Positions 41,956-52,552 of a stretch of DNA of 64,000 nt are shown piece after piece. The DNA comes from an uncultured candidate division Zixibacteria bacterium (GTDB lineage: Bacteria > Zixibacteria > MSB-5A5 > UBA10806 > 4484-95), in assembly GCA_963668625.2 (NCBI GenBank), contig CAXXKA010000008.1:320001-384000 (forward strand), read 5' to 3'. Made by a program: the position numbers and the translations under genes. Every line of letters starts with the position of its first letter. Positions within the stretch are counted from its first letter, which is position 1. The notes below the pieces were generated by a model. That model made no database searches and was not told the DNA's origin. It saw only the letters and a program-made list of their open reading frames with translations.

Positions 41956-43173
41956 ATGAGTATAAACGTAAATCTCCAACATATACAACAGGCGCTAGAA
42001 ACTCTCAAACCTGTCATTAAACACACACCTACAGTGGCCTCCAAAAGCTTCTCGGAGATGGCCGGGCGTAAAATCCATCTCAAGCTGGAAAATTTGCAGT
42101 CCACCGGCTCATTCAAGATACGCGGGGCTTTCAACCGTATCAACGCTATCGAGGAGGCCGATAAGGCTAAAGGCGTCGTCTGCGCCTCGGCGGGTAACCA
42201 TGCCCAGGGGGTGGCTTTCGCCTCCACCCGCGCCGGTATCAAAAGCACGATCTTTATGCCCTCGTTTACGCCGGCGCTGAAAGTTATCGCTACCAAAGGC
42301 TATGGCGGACAGGTCCGGCTCGCGGGCGCCAGTTTCGATGAGGCCAAGGCGGCCGCTATCGAGCATGTCGAGAAAACCGGCGCAATATTCATACCGCCTT
42401 TCGATGATGACCTCGTTATCGCCGGGCAGGGGACAATCGGGCTGGAGGTCCTGGAGGATGTCGCCGGTGTCGATACGGTAATCGTGCCCGTTGGCGGCGG
42501 CGGACTTATCGCCGGAGTGGCGCTGGCAATCAAACTCAAGCGTCCCGATATCCGGGTGATCGGTGTAGAGGCCGAAGGCGCGGCCGCCATGAAAAACTCG
42601 GTCGACCTGGGCGAGGTGGTACCGTTCGACAACGTGCATACTATCGCTGATGGCATCGCCGTAAAAACACCCGGTGCGAAAACGTTCGAGATCATCCGGG
42701 AGTACGTGGATGATATACTCACGGTCTCCGATAACGAGATCGCCCTGACCGTGTACCATCTGTTACAGCGCGCTAAAATACTGGCCGAGCCCGCAGGCGC
42801 TGTCGGCCTGACGGCGGCTCTGTACAAGCAGGCCGCTATCGAAGGTGAAAACGTGGTTTGCCTGATAAGCGGCGGTAATATCAGGATGGACCTTCTGCAG
42901 CAAATACTGGAAAAAAGTTTACTGGAAAGCGGCCTTAGAATCAGGATGGAGATTATTATTCCCGATGTTCCCGGGAAGCTAAACGACATCGTCTCTGTGC
43001 TCGATAAACTCAGCGCCAATATTTACGAGATCGATCATGATCGCAACACGACAAAGGTGGCGGTAGGTTTCGTGCGGGTGACAATTTCGTTCCATGTTCA
43101 ACAAAACGATCAGATAGAGTCGATCAAGGCTGAGTTCAGAAAACGGAAGCTGAAATATAAGATATGTAAGTAG
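41956..43173 (+). CDS. ilvA: Threonine ammonia-lyase with C-terminal ACT domain
   Basis: KLENLQ.TGSFKIRGA, SAGNHAQG, PVGGGGL, ADGIAV, SGGN, D.PG.L ACT domain. Confidence 0.93.
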   Translation: MSINVNLQHIQQALETLKPVIKHTPTVASKSFSEMAGRKIHLKLENLQSTGSFKIRGAFNRINAIEEADKAKGVVCASAGNHAQGVAFASTRAGIKSTIFMPSFTPALKVIATKGYGGQVRLAGASFDEAKAAAIEHVEKTGAIFIPPFDDDLVIAGQGTIGLEVLEDVAGVDTVIVPVGGGGLIAGVALAIKLKRPDIRVIGVEAEGAAAMKNSVDLGEVVPFDNVHTIADGIAVKTPGAKTFEIIREYVDDILTVSDNEIALTVYHLLQRAKILAEPAGAVGLTAALYKQAAIEGENVVCLISGGNIRMDLLQQILEKSLLESGLRIRMEIIIPDVPGKLNDIVSVLDKLSANIYEIDHDRNTTKVAVGFVRVTISFHVQQNDQIESIKAEFRKRKLKYKICK

Positions 43174-43473
43174 TCAATATCTCCAGCGGCCTGGCTGACC
43201 CGCACTTGTAATCACAAACGTGAATCGAATGAAATGCCGGCGTTACGCGATTAAGCGATGTGCAGGTTAATTCGTTCGCTGTCACTTTCGGATAAACCTG
43301 GTTCGCTATCGAACCCATAAGGCGCTCCGGTTTCTTTCTGAATGAGCACGTAAGCGGTACATATCCTAATGCCATATATTTATTGACCGATAATATCTTT
43401 ATTGTTATCTTGTAAATGACAAATCGCTTCGACCTCATTGAAGCTAAACATCGATACTATTGCAGGGGAAATT

Positions 43474-44634
43474 ATGAACAAATATCACCGACATCTCGCC
43501 GCCGTATTCGCGATCGTATGCGTACTAACCTCCGGGCTTGCCGCCCAAACTACCCTGGCAATACTCGATCTTGACCCGAAAAATATATCAACCGTTGCTG
43601 CTGATGCTTTAGGCGATCGCCTGCGTGACGAACTGGTTGTCTTGAACAAATTCAAAGTAATCGCTCGGGATGTCATGATGAATAAACTCCTCGAGGAGCA
43701 AAGCCTTCAACTTTCGGGTTGCACCTCGACCGAATGTATCGTTCAGGCAGGCAATATATTGGGAGCAGAGAAAGTCGTAGGCGGAAGCGTGAGCAAGGTT
43801 GAGGGCGTTTATTATGTCTCGATTAAGATAGTGGATGTCGAAACCGGGCAGATACTCAAAGCGGTTCCGTACGATTTCAATGGTGATATCAGTGACCTTC
43901 TGCAAAAAGGCATGAAAGAAATTGCTTACAAATTGAGCGATGTCGCGATACCCGGTGATACCGTATCGACCGGGAAAACACTTACGCAGAAACCGGTTTA
44001 TGATCAATCCGTAGAACGTAAAACCACACCGTTTAGAACCAGGAATACTAAAACACTTCCCCGGAAAGTCCGGTACAAGCTGGTGCCGGAGTTCGGGATG
44101 GTATTTCATGAGGATTTAGGTGAGGGAAAAGTTCAAGGTTCATCCGGCTATGGTTGCTCCTTAGATTTCGGAGTCGGTCGGGGCTTTACCCTGGGGCCGG
44201 AATTTTACTACGCCAAGTTGATGGCCGAGGATATATCCACGATGGACAGCAGTTACGCCAGATATCACGATAAATCATCACTGGTGATGTTCGGCCTGGT
44301 CGGTAAGCTATCGCTTTACGAAAACACCACCTCGATGAAAACCACGTTCAGCCTCGGCTATGCCAAGATGGAATATAACTATCGCACCGAACGCGAACCC
44401 GGCTTATACGGTGACGAAAAGATCGAAACCAAGGGTAATTTGTATGTCGGGTTCGGTGTTTACCTGGAATTACTCTCGAGCAGCGCTATCAATCTGTACA
44501 GTTGTTTCGATTACTCGATAATATTTCCACCGGGATACGAGACTACTTATTCCTGGCACGAAACCGATGATACGAACGATCAAGTGAAGCTATACCGCCT
44601 GATAGTAGGAATATCGTTTGCGAGTTTCAATTAG
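43474..44634 (+). CDS. Exported protein: CsgG/TolB-N-like domain fused to a small beta-barrel-like domain
   Basis: Signal peptide; LAILDL...LLEEQ.LQLSGC....C...AG.ILGA..VV.GSV...VDVETG; aromatic strand pattern and terminal F/N. Confidence 0.65.
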   Translation: MNKYHRHLAAVFAIVCVLTSGLAAQTTLAILDLDPKNISTVAADALGDRLRDELVVLNKFKVIARDVMMNKLLEEQSLQLSGCTSTECIVQAGNILGAEKVVGGSVSKVEGVYYVSIKIVDVETGQILKAVPYDFNGDISDLLQKGMKEIAYKLSDVAIPGDTVSTGKTLTQKPVYDQSVERKTTPFRTRNTKTLPRKVRYKLVPEFGMVFHEDLGEGKVQGSSGYGCSLDFGVGRGFTLGPEFYYAKLMAEDISTMDSSYARYHDKSSLVMFGLVGKLSLYENTTSMKTTFSLGYAKMEYNYRTEREPGLYGDEKIETKGNLYVGFGVYLELLSSSAINLYSCFDYSIIFPPGYETTYSWHETDDTNDQVKLYRLIVGISFASFN

Positions 44635-44685
44635 TAGAGTTATCGATAAAGATTGTAACGCGCCGCGATCCTGATTCCAGCGAAT

Positions 44686-46212
44686 TTAATTTATCTTATA
44701 TAATTTATGTTTCAGTGGTTCGAAATGTTTGAGTAACGTGAACCTGCTATCATCAACCTTACCGTTATAAATATCCCCAAATGAAATTAAAGATAGGGGG
44801 ACCAGCAGATAATTAGCATCATATTTCTTTGAAACAGTGTAAATAGTATCAGGACTACCTTTGGGAATCTGCAAAGTTTTATATCCGAACGAATGGTTGA
44901 TCTCCCAGGGCCAGCGGGTCATTATTATTATTCGACCATCATCATCCGCGTCCTCTTCGATAGCATTTATCACATCCTCCTGAAAACTAACCATCGATAT
45001 ATGACCTTTCCTCAAACTATAGGCGCAGTATGATGATTCCGAAATCAGGATCATCGTCAAAAAGATAACGGCAAGCCATCTGATTTTACTTGAGTTTAAG
45101 TATTTCCTTAACGTGCTTATGGCGATAATAACGGCGAACGGTACCATCACCATACCGCTTCTCAGGAAACCGCCGAATACGCTGATATAAGTCGTGATAA
45201 ACGAGTAAATAAGATAAAGCGATACCACGAGAATCAACGGCGGCAGGTATTCGTTTCGCCAGACTCGTTTTTTTGAATCAATTAACCAACCGCCTATACC
45301 GGCTAAGGCCATAATCCAAAGAAAACTGCCCAGGTACTTATAGATGATTTTCGAATTGAACAGACCGACTTTGATTTTATCCATAATGATTTTAGATATA
45401 CCTAAATCCATAAAAGTCCTTAATGAGATATCACCGGTATAATTATAAAAATCGAAATACTCTGTGAAAAACGGTGTCCGGGCAGCACAGCCTGTCAGCG
45501 GAGTTCCTAGATGGACATAGTTCAAAACCATCAATGGCGAAAGCGTCAGTACATAAGCCGCTGTTGCTATCAGCCCGTATTTTATCGCTTTTCTCGCGGG
45601 ATAAATAATTGCTATGTAGATAATAATCGTGATAAACAGCAATACGCCATCCTGACGGGTCAGGTGAGCCAGGCCGCCCAAAAAGGCGGCTAGAATCAGG
45701 GAAGTTAATTCGTCTCGACGTGTTATAAGAAAATATAAACTACTGCATACGAACAGAACGTAATACACCGGTGAATCGGGGCCTATACAGAACGTGGAAT
45801 AAGTCGGCGTCCAAATTACGATACCGGCTGAAACGGCCGAAACGAAATCCGAGCCGGTGAAAAATTTGGCCAGCTTATATGTAACATAGCCCGTGAGCAA
45901 AGAGGCGATAGTCGCCGGAATAAGGGCAATGAACAATGACTTGCCGAACACGAACATGAATATTGCCATTATCACCGAGGCGAGCGGCATCCAGTAATCG
46001 TTGGCGTAATGAGTGATTTGATCTGGAATAGACATGTAATGGCCGATAAAATCAACCACGAAACCTCTTCCAGAGGCGAGATTTTCCGCCAGTATATAAT
46101 AATAGGAAGAATCGCCGACGCCGGGATGAACCTCTATAGCGATATAGAATAGTTTCATGATAAAAGCCAGCACGAACGTAGCGATAAGATAATTTCTGCA
46201 TGATCTATTCAT
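44686..46212 (-). CDS. GT-C membrane glycosyltransferase (ArnT/PMT family 39-like)
   Basis: GDSSYY..LAENL..G.G, W.PL, LAHLTRQDG; many TM helices. Confidence 0.8.
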   Translation of the reverse strand: MNRSCRNYLIATFVLAFIMKLFYIAIEVHPGVGDSSYYYILAENLASGRGFVVDFIGHYMSIPDQITHYANDYWMPLASVIMAIFMFVFGKSLFIALIPATIASLLTGYVTYKLAKFFTGSDFVSAVSAGIVIWTPTYSTFCIGPDSPVYYVLFVCSSLYFLITRRDELTSLILAAFLGGLAHLTRQDGVLLFITIIIYIAIIYPARKAIKYGLIATAAYVLTLSPLMVLNYVHLGTPLTGCAARTPFFTEYFDFYNYTGDISLRTFMDLGISKIIMDKIKVGLFNSKIIYKYLGSFLWIMALAGIGGWLIDSKKRVWRNEYLPPLILVVSLYLIYSFITTYISVFGGFLRSGMVMVPFAVIIAISTLRKYLNSSKIRWLAVIFLTMILISESSYCAYSLRKGHISMVSFQEDVINAIEEDADDDGRIIIMTRWPWEINHSFGYKTLQIPKGSPDTIYTVSKKYDANYLLVPLSLISFGDIYNGKVDDSRFTLLKHFEPLKHKLYKIN

Positions 46213-46314
46213 AACAGTAAAACATTCCTCGATAATATATTAATTGGTTAATGATATGTTATGGCTGCATTTCTGGCAAATACATTTTAATGGAGATAGT
46301 AATTAACTTTAAGT

Positions 46315-46779
46315 TTACAGCTCCAATTCGAAAAAGCGAGCGCCCTCGTGAGGATTGTAACGATATGCTTCTATCTCATCGAAACCAAGCGAGTTATATA
46401 GGCTGATAGCCTTAGTCATCGAATCCATCGTGTCCAGGCGCATAGAGAGGTAGCCGTTATTCCGGGCGTACTCGATAATCTCATACGCCAGCCGTCTGCC
46501 TATACCCAGTCCGCGATGTTGAGGCATCACGTACAGACGTTTCATCTCGCAGGTTATTTCTCCGAGCTTACGCATAGCAACGCAGCCGGTAAGAACGTTA
46601 TCACGAAAGGCGAGAAATATCGTTCCGCTCGGCGGCTTGAATAACGTTCTGATATTTTTCAACTCATCCTCGAAATTCTGAAATTCCAGATCGAAATCGA
46701 GAGATTTGGAGTAGTCGATAAATAGTTTGCGGGCTAACTCGAAATGGGTTTCCGTTTCGGCCTTAATCAATTTAACCAT
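46315..46779 (-). CDS. GNAT acetyltransferase
   Basis: CEMKRLYV.P..RGLGIG, RLDT...M..A..LY..LGF. Confidence 0.92.
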   Translation of the reverse strand: MVKLIKAETETHFELARKLFIDYSKSLDFDLEFQNFEDELKNIRTLFKPPSGTIFLAFRDNVLTGCVAMRKLGEITCEMKRLYVMPQHRGLGIGRRLAYEIIEYARNNGYLSMRLDTMDSMTKAISLYNSLGFDEIEAYRYNPHEGARFFELEL

Positions 46780-46800
46780 GATGTTAATATACTACAATTC

Positions 46801-47304
46801 TTATTCCGCTGCAAAACCAATTCGACGTTCCGTTACGGCCTCGCTCAAGAATTTTTGTAACCGATTATTGTAGGAATTATTGATCTGGTCATAAACAACC
46901 CCGTAGAAATCATTGCATGATTTTTCATCTTTGATATCTATCTGGAATTCATCGGAGTCCTGACCGAGTTTAACGGAGAATACACTATCTATTTTCTTTA
47001 CCAGAAATGGCAGTATGATAGTTTCCTCGGGTTGGTCATCCAATTCGCCACAAAGGGTAAGCATGATACCGGTGTACCAGTAGGTATCCTGCTCGAGATG
47101 CATTGTCTCTTTAACCTTGTACATCTTACCGAATTCCGGTTTCTCTTTCAGAGGAGCGTACCTGATATTTTCTTTGGGGATTTCCATGTATTTTTTAAGG
47201 CCGGATACCAACTCCGCAATGAAATCGGCGCATTCGTCCCAGTAGTCGAAATAATTTTTACGGGCTACTGAATATACGTGACATAGTTCTTTATATTTAC
47301 TCAT
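46801..47304 (-). CDS. Hypothetical protein
   Basis: AGGAG RBS before ATG 47304; ends RRIGFAAE. Confidence 0.7.
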   Translation of the reverse strand: MSKYKELCHVYSVARKNYFDYWDECADFIAELVSGLKKYMEIPKENIRYAPLKEKPEFGKMYKVKETMHLEQDTYWYTGIMLTLCGELDDQPEETIILPFLVKKIDSVFSVKLGQDSDEFQIDIKDEKSCNDFYGVVYDQINNSYNNRLQKFLSEAVTERRIGFAAE

Positions 47305-47430
47305 AGGATTGGCTCCTGACACTCAAATCGTGATTGTAGTTATTAATCAATATTACCTGTCGGTCCGTATTAACCGTTCCGAATCAAGGGATTTTCACCA
47401 ATTAAATTCGGGGTCATTGGTCTCGACAGT

Positions 47431-48543
47431 TTATCGTATAGCTTTCTTTTTGATTTCTTTCAGCAGTTTTTTCATCTCATCATTAATATCATCGTTTTTG
47501 ATATCGTAGTTCAAACCTTTCTCCAACTCCGCAACAGCAAGATCGTATTGGCCCTGTTTGTCGTACACCTCCGCCAATCGCCAATGGGCTCCGTAATAAG
47601 GAGGCCACCAGCCTTTTCGTTTGGAGTTAAGATAATTAATAAATATCCGTTCGGCAAGGTCGAGATCGGTATCACTGATAATAAGCAGCTTGCCTTTGTT
47701 ATATTGTGGTAGAAGGTTAGTCGAGTCCATGGCTATGGCTCTATCGAGCTGGGCTATCGCCTCGGGGTAACGTTGTTGTTGTTCGTACAATTCGGCCAGG
47801 CTGATATAAATCCGTATATTAGTCGAGTCGATATCCATCCCGACGAAACATAACGATTCAGCCTCGGCCTGTCTTTCGTGGCGGCTTAAAAAATATCCGT
47901 ACCAGAAATATGGATCGAGATTCATGGCAGTATCGCCTTTAACCGACTCGATAGCCTGCTTGAGCAAAGATTCGGCTTTTTCGAGATCGTTCTCGATAGA
48001 TTCCAATAGCATGGAGTGAGCCTGATATCCTCGTACGCTATCGAGCCGGGCAATCCTATCGGCCTGCTCGTAAGCTATCTTCTTATCGCCGCCGATGAAA
48101 CCGGGGGCTTTCATGTGGAATTGAATCAGGGCGTGGCGGGCCTCGATATTGGAGGTATCAAGTTCGACCGCTTTCGCGTATTCACGTTTACAGGCTTTGG
48201 CTCGTCCCGGGGCTTTGAAAAAACTTCCATTTTGGGCTTTTAGCCCCTTAGTGTGCCCTAACCATAAATGGTATTCCGAAACGGAATCATCAAGCTTGAT
48301 AGCATGCTCGAGGTGTTTTTCGGCTTCGTCATAATCCTGGTTCAAAAAATATATTTTCCCGAGCAGGAAATTCACTTCAGGATCATCGGGGGAGCTTTCG
48401 ATCAAGGTCTCCAATCGTGCAAGAGCGTCATCCCACCAGCCATCATCGAAAAGTGTCTGAATATCCTGTTTTTCGGTTGCGATTGCTATTGTAGAAAAAA
48501 TCATCAGTACAACCATTACAAATAATTTGGCGCCATGTTTCAT
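47431..48543 (-). CDS. Exported tetratricopeptide-repeat protein
   Basis: AAGGAG RBS, signal peptide, multiple TPR motifs (LG..Y....Y..A...L..AI.LD). Confidence 0.85.
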   Translation of the reverse strand: MKHGAKLFVMVVLMIFSTIAIATEKQDIQTLFDDGWWDDALARLETLIESSPDDPEVNFLLGKIYFLNQDYDEAEKHLEHAIKLDDSVSEYHLWLGHTKGLKAQNGSFFKAPGRAKACKREYAKAVELDTSNIEARHALIQFHMKAPGFIGGDKKIAYEQADRIARLDSVRGYQAHSMLLESIENDLEKAESLLKQAIESVKGDTAMNLDPYFWYGYFLSRHERQAEAESLCFVGMDIDSTNIRIYISLAELYEQQQRYPEAIAQLDRAIAMDSTNLLPQYNKGKLLIISDTDLDLAERIFINYLNSKRKGWWPPYYGAHWRLAEVYDKQGQYDLAVAELEKGLNYDIKNDDINDEMKKLLKEIKKKAIR

Positions 48544-48663
48544 GAAAACGCTCCTTTTGCGGTGGTTTGGTGGTGACAATAGGCAGCCACCATAAGAGAC
48601 AATAATTCGATCATCTAATTTTACTTGATTAGGCCGGGAAGGTTGCAGGGAATATCATCAGGC

Positions 48664-48854
48664 GATATTTTCCGATATAATTATATATTCAGCGTATCAT
48701 GCATCCTGAAATGCCCTGCCGATGTTAGGCTTGGTGTTCTGGTTTCCAGGAGCTGCTTGTAAACCTGCTTGAGTCATGTAGAATACATTCCGCCGGCCAA
48801 CAAGCCATGTTGCGAAACAGCGCTTCGCAGCGAGATGGAAAGGCCGGACACTAG
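48664..48854 (+). mobile_element. Right part of the MITE-like element
   Basis: Colinear with 18129-18321 from ATATTTTCCGATATA to GGCCGGACACTAG. Confidence 0.8.
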
Positions 48855-48925
48855 TTATAATTTAATATTATTGATTTCTGATTTTTGATACTTATATGTT
48901 TTCTTTTATAGAAAAGTTAGAAGAA

Positions 48926-49651
48926 TTAATTCAGCCTGAACTTCTCGCCCAGGTATATCTTTCTGGCCTCGGGGTCGTTGGCCAGAAAATCGGCGGTGCC
49001 GGATTTCAAGATGTTGCCCTCGAAAATTATATACGCCCGGTCGGTTATCGATAAGGTCTCCCGCACGTTGTGATCCGTGACCAGCACCCCCAGACCCTTG
49101 TCACGTAAATCCTTGATGATTTTCTGAATCTCCTCGACCGTGATCGGGTCGATACCGGAGAAAGGCTCATCCAAAAGGATGAATTTCGGCTCGGTTACCA
49201 GCGCCCGGGCTATCTCCACCCGGCGACGTTCGCCGCCCGATAGGTTGTAGCCCTTGGAATCGGCGATATGCTCGACATCCAGGTCGCTCAACAGTTTCTC
49301 CAAACGTTCCTTACGTTGGCTTTTGCTAAGCGGCATGTATTCCAAAATAGCCATGATATTATCTCGAACGGAGAGTTTCCTGAATATGGACGGCTCCTGG
49401 GGAAGGTAGCCGATACCCTTGCGCGCCCGTTTGTACATTGCCAGATGAGTGATATCGTCATCATCGAACAACACCCGGCCCCGATTAGGTTTTATCAGGC
49501 CGGTTATCATATAGAACGAGGTGGTTTTCCCCGCGCCGTTGGGGCCCAATAGCCCGACTATTTCGCCTGAATGCACCTCGATGGAGACGCCATCCACAAC
49601 ATGACGTTTACGATATATCTTGACCAGCTTATCGGAGTACAGCTTACTCAT
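48926..49651 (-). CDS. lptB: LPS export ABC transporter ATPase
   Basis: [51 protein letters not shown]; ATG 49651. Confidence 0.95.
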   Translation of the reverse strand: MSKLYSDKLVKIYRKRHVVDGVSIEVHSGEIVGLLGPNGAGKTTSFYMITGLIKPNRGRVLFDDDDITHLAMYKRARKGIGYLPQEPSIFRKLSVRDNIMAILEYMPLSKSQRKERLEKLLSDLDVEHIADSKGYNLSGGERRRVEIARALVTEPKFILLDEPFSGIDPITVEEIQKIIKDLRDKGLGVLVTDHNVRETLSITDRAYIIFEGNILKSGTADFLANDPEARKIYLGEKFRLN

Positions 49652-50204
49652 TTTCGTTGAACGTCTCCTTCTCCTCCTCGGGAATATCGAGCACCTTGCC
49701 CTTGACATCCCTTAGAATCTCCAGCTCCTGAAGGTTCCTGTCGCCTTTTAAGCCATAGCCGGTTAATATATCGCCGTTGGCGCGTTCGACCTCGACATAG
49801 TCATCTGTAGAAATTAGCTGAGTCTCGGGATCCCACAGCAGCGATTCGGTGCGCAGTATGGTCGAGTCCTCGTTTATGGCAATCACGTTGCCGAACACCG
49901 ACACTTTTTCTGTTTTCTCGCGGATAAGCCCCCGGTTGGCGGTAAGCGAGGATTGCTCTACGCCCTTTTCATCGTAAAAGTGAAGGTTTACCATATCGGC
50001 CTCGGTCGAATCGCGATTTTGCCAGCGGTCTATATGCTCGGCCTCCACCAGGACACTCTGCACGCCGTCCTCGGTAAACACGATCGTGGCGTCATCAAGC
50101 TGCGTATCAGGGTAGTTAGTGTTGTCCTCCACCGGTTGAGGGGAATCAGTTGAGGCGCAAGCCATAAAAATTAGCGGTAGTATTATTAAGATTAGCTTTC
50201 TCAT
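49644..50204 (-). CDS. lptC: LPS export periplasmic protein LptC
   Basis: Lipoprotein-like N-terminus, beta-jellyroll pattern (L.TE.L.WD, V...G.GL), directly upstream of lptB; ATGA overlap with the acyltransferase. Confidence 0.82.
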   Translation of the reverse strand: MRKLILIILPLIFMACASTDSPQPVEDNTNYPDTQLDDATIVFTEDGVQSVLVEAEHIDRWQNRDSTEADMVNLHFYDEKGVEQSSLTANRGLIREKTEKVSVFGNVIAINEDSTILRTESLLWDPETQLISTDDYVEVERANGDILTGYGLKGDRNLQELEILRDVKGKVLDIPEEEKETFNENE

Positions 50205-51097
50205 TTCGTCTCGTTTTCTCCCGGCGGTCTGTGACGCCATCTGTTATGCACCCATACCCATTGCAGGGGATCGTACATTATCAATTGCTCGATCGCTTTG
50301 TTGCATTCTATCAGCGCGTTTTTGATATCCTCTTCCTTATTATCACTCCATACGAGATTAAGTTCCGGTAATATCCGTATTATGTATGTATCGTCAGGTT
50401 GACGGTATATCGCCATAGGCAAAACCGCCGAACCGGTTTTTCTGGCGATGAACATCGGACCGGCCGCGGTTAACGCCTTTTTGCCGAAAAAGTCTATGAA
50501 ATAACCGCTTACACGGGTCGAGTCCTGATCCAAAAGCACCCCGATAGCGTAGTTGTTTCTTAAATCGCTTATGATAGTTTTTATGGATGATGTAGTAGGG
50601 ATATTTTTCATCCCCAGTTTCGAGCGTTGATCGATTAACATCGTGTTAAATCGTTTATCGTACAACTCCCGGCCGATCACCGAGATATCATGTTTTTTGC
50701 AATGACCGAACCAGGCCGCCAATAACTCGAAATTGCCAATATGCCCGGTTAAGGCAAGTATCCCTTTGCCTTTTTCCAGGGCTTTAGTGAAATTCTCGTA
50801 ACCCTCGACTTTAACCAGCGAACTCATGAACGCGGGCGACCAGTACCCCATCCTGAGGGCATCCACCAGGCTTTTACCGATATTTTCGTATGTGGCTCGC
50901 ACATGAGCCTTAAGCTGGTTATCCCTGTACCCAAGCACGTCCCCCATTTGCTTATGCGCCATATTACGGTCTTTGGGGATAATCAGATACCATATTTCAC
51001 CGATTACGCCGCCCAGCCTGATCGCCCACTCGCGCGGCAGGGCGTTCAAGAATTTGATTACGGCAATCGCGATATAATATATGATATCGTTTTTCAA
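50201..51097 (-). CDS. lpxL: Lipid A late acyltransferase (LpxL/HtrB family)
   Basis: H.GNFE, LLDQD, FFGK.A, QW.W.H.RW. Confidence 0.85.
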   Translation of the reverse strand: MKNDIIYYIAIAVIKFLNALPREWAIRLGGVIGEIWYLIIPKDRNMAHKQMGDVLGYRDNQLKAHVRATYENIGKSLVDALRMGYWSPAFMSSLVKVEGYENFTKALEKGKGILALTGHIGNFELLAAWFGHCKKHDISVIGRELYDKRFNTMLIDQRSKLGMKNIPTTSSIKTIISDLRNNYAIGVLLDQDSTRVSGYFIDFFGKKALTAAGPMFIARKTGSAVLPMAIYRQPDDTYIIRILPELNLVWSDNKEEDIKNALIECNKAIEQLIMYDPLQWVWVHNRWRHRPPGENETK

Positions 51098-52044
51098 ATT
51101 ACTTTCGCCTGTAAAATATCGTGCATGTGAATTATACCTACTATTTTCTTCTTATCAGCTACTACGAGACAGGTGATTTTATGTTTCTCCATTACATTCA
51201 ATGCCTGTACGCAGAGTTTTCCCGGCGCGATAGTTTTCGGATCGACTGTCATGACATCCAGCGCGTTCATGTCATCCAGAGGCAGTTTCTTCTCTATTGC
51301 CCTCCTAAGGTCGCCATCAGTAATGATTCCCAGCAGGTGATTCGTGTCATCGGCAACCGTTGTTACGCCCATGCGTTTGCCGGTGATCTCGAGAACCAGC
51401 TCGGAAAACGGCGTATCACCTTTAACCAGCGGAATCTCATCGCCGGTATGCATGAGTTGTTCCACTTTAGTAAGGCTCCTACCGATAGTACCACCGGGAT
51501 GGAATTCGGCGAAATCATCCTCGGTGAAACCGCGTTTCTCCAGAAGCACCATAGCCAGGGCATCCCCCATAACCATAGCCGCGGTAGTGGAGGAAGTAGG
51601 CACGAGATTTATCGCGCAAGCCTCTTTCGGCACGGAGGCGTCCAGCGCGACCTCGGAGTCGCGAGCCAGTGGTGAGTTCATATCCCCGGTTATCGCAATG
51701 ACCGGTACCATCAGACGTTTGAACGAGGGCAACACCTTGTTGATCTCCTCGGTATCGCCGGATTTGGATATTGCTATCAGTAAATCCTCGCCGCGGACTA
51801 CGCCCAGGTCGCCGTGTATACCCTCCGCTGGATGGAAAAAGAAGGCGGGTATACCGATCGAGGAGAATGTCGAGGCTATTTTCTTGGCTACTATCCCCGA
51901 TTTACCCATGCCGGTTACTATCACCCGGCCGGTCGTCTGATCTATCAGGTCGACAGCGCGGCCGAAATTGTCATCCAGCTTATCGATAAGTCCGGATATC
52001 GCCTCGGCCTCGAGTTTTATTATCTGTTTGGCTCTTTCAAGCAA
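51094..52044 (-). CDS. kdsD: Arabinose-5-phosphate isomerase (KpsF/GutQ family)
   Basis: GMGKSG, HGDLG, S.SG.T.E, PTSST, HPGG, two CBS domains. Confidence 0.93.
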   Translation of the reverse strand: MLERAKQIIKLEAEAISGLIDKLDDNFGRAVDLIDQTTGRVIVTGMGKSGIVAKKIASTFSSIGIPAFFFHPAEGIHGDLGVVRGEDLLIAISKSGDTEEINKVLPSFKRLMVPVIAITGDMNSPLARDSEVALDASVPKEACAINLVPTSSTTAAMVMGDALAMVLLEKRGFTEDDFAEFHPGGTIGRSLTKVEQLMHTGDEIPLVKGDTPFSELVLEITGKRMGVTTVADDTNHLLGIITDGDLRRAIEKKLPLDDMNALDVMTVDPKTIAPGKLCVQALNVMEKHKITCLVVADKKKIVGIIHMHDILQAKVI

Positions 52045-52552
52045 GACGGTTACCCTCGTTTATTCCTTTGGCATCCATGATCATATCAAGCACCTCGCGT
52101 ACGGCGCCATGTCCGCCGCGTTTTTGGGTCACGTACTCACTGGCCTCGGTCACGGTGCGGGGACTATCGGGCACGGTGATCGACAGGCCGCATTGTTTTA
52201 ATACATCCACATCGACTAAATCGTTTCCCATATATGCTATAACCGAATCATCAAGACCGTATTTATCTTTTAAGCTGTTGTAAAACAAAATCTTATCGGT
52301 TGGTTGTTGATGAACATCCTCTACGCCCAACTCTTTAGCGCGAAGGCTGGTTGCCGGGGAGGGCCGTCCCGAGAGAAACGCCACCCTGATACCGTGTTTC
52401 TGGGCCAGGTATATCCCCAGGCCATCGGCGATGCAGAATCGTTTCATCTCCATACCCTGCGAACCCATCCAGACTGTGTCATCGGTAAGCACCCCGTCAA
52501 CATCAAGGATGACAAGCTTTATTTGCCCGAGTTTGGATTGTAAGTCAGTCAT
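52037..52552 (-). CDS. kdsC: KDO-8-phosphate phosphatase
   Basis: LDVDGVLTD, DGLGI, SGR, GG.GAVRE. Confidence 0.92.
   Translation of the reverse strand: MTDLQSKLGQIKLVILDVDGVLTDDTVWMGSQGMEMKRFCIADGLGIYLAQKHGIRVAFLSGRPSPATSLRAKELGVEDVHQQPTDKILFYNSLKDKYGLDDSVIAYMGNDLVDVDVLKQCGLSITVPDSPRTVTEASEYVTQKRGGHGAVREVLDMIMDAKGINEGNRLA

Noticed and set aside
41736-43019. Minus-strand ORFs of 186, 216 and 239 aa
   Set aside because: Antisense to ilvA; no motifs or RBS
43136-43438. 100-aa minus-strand ORF between ilvA and the exported protein
   Set aside because: Overlaps the ilvA end, no RBS, no recognisable motif
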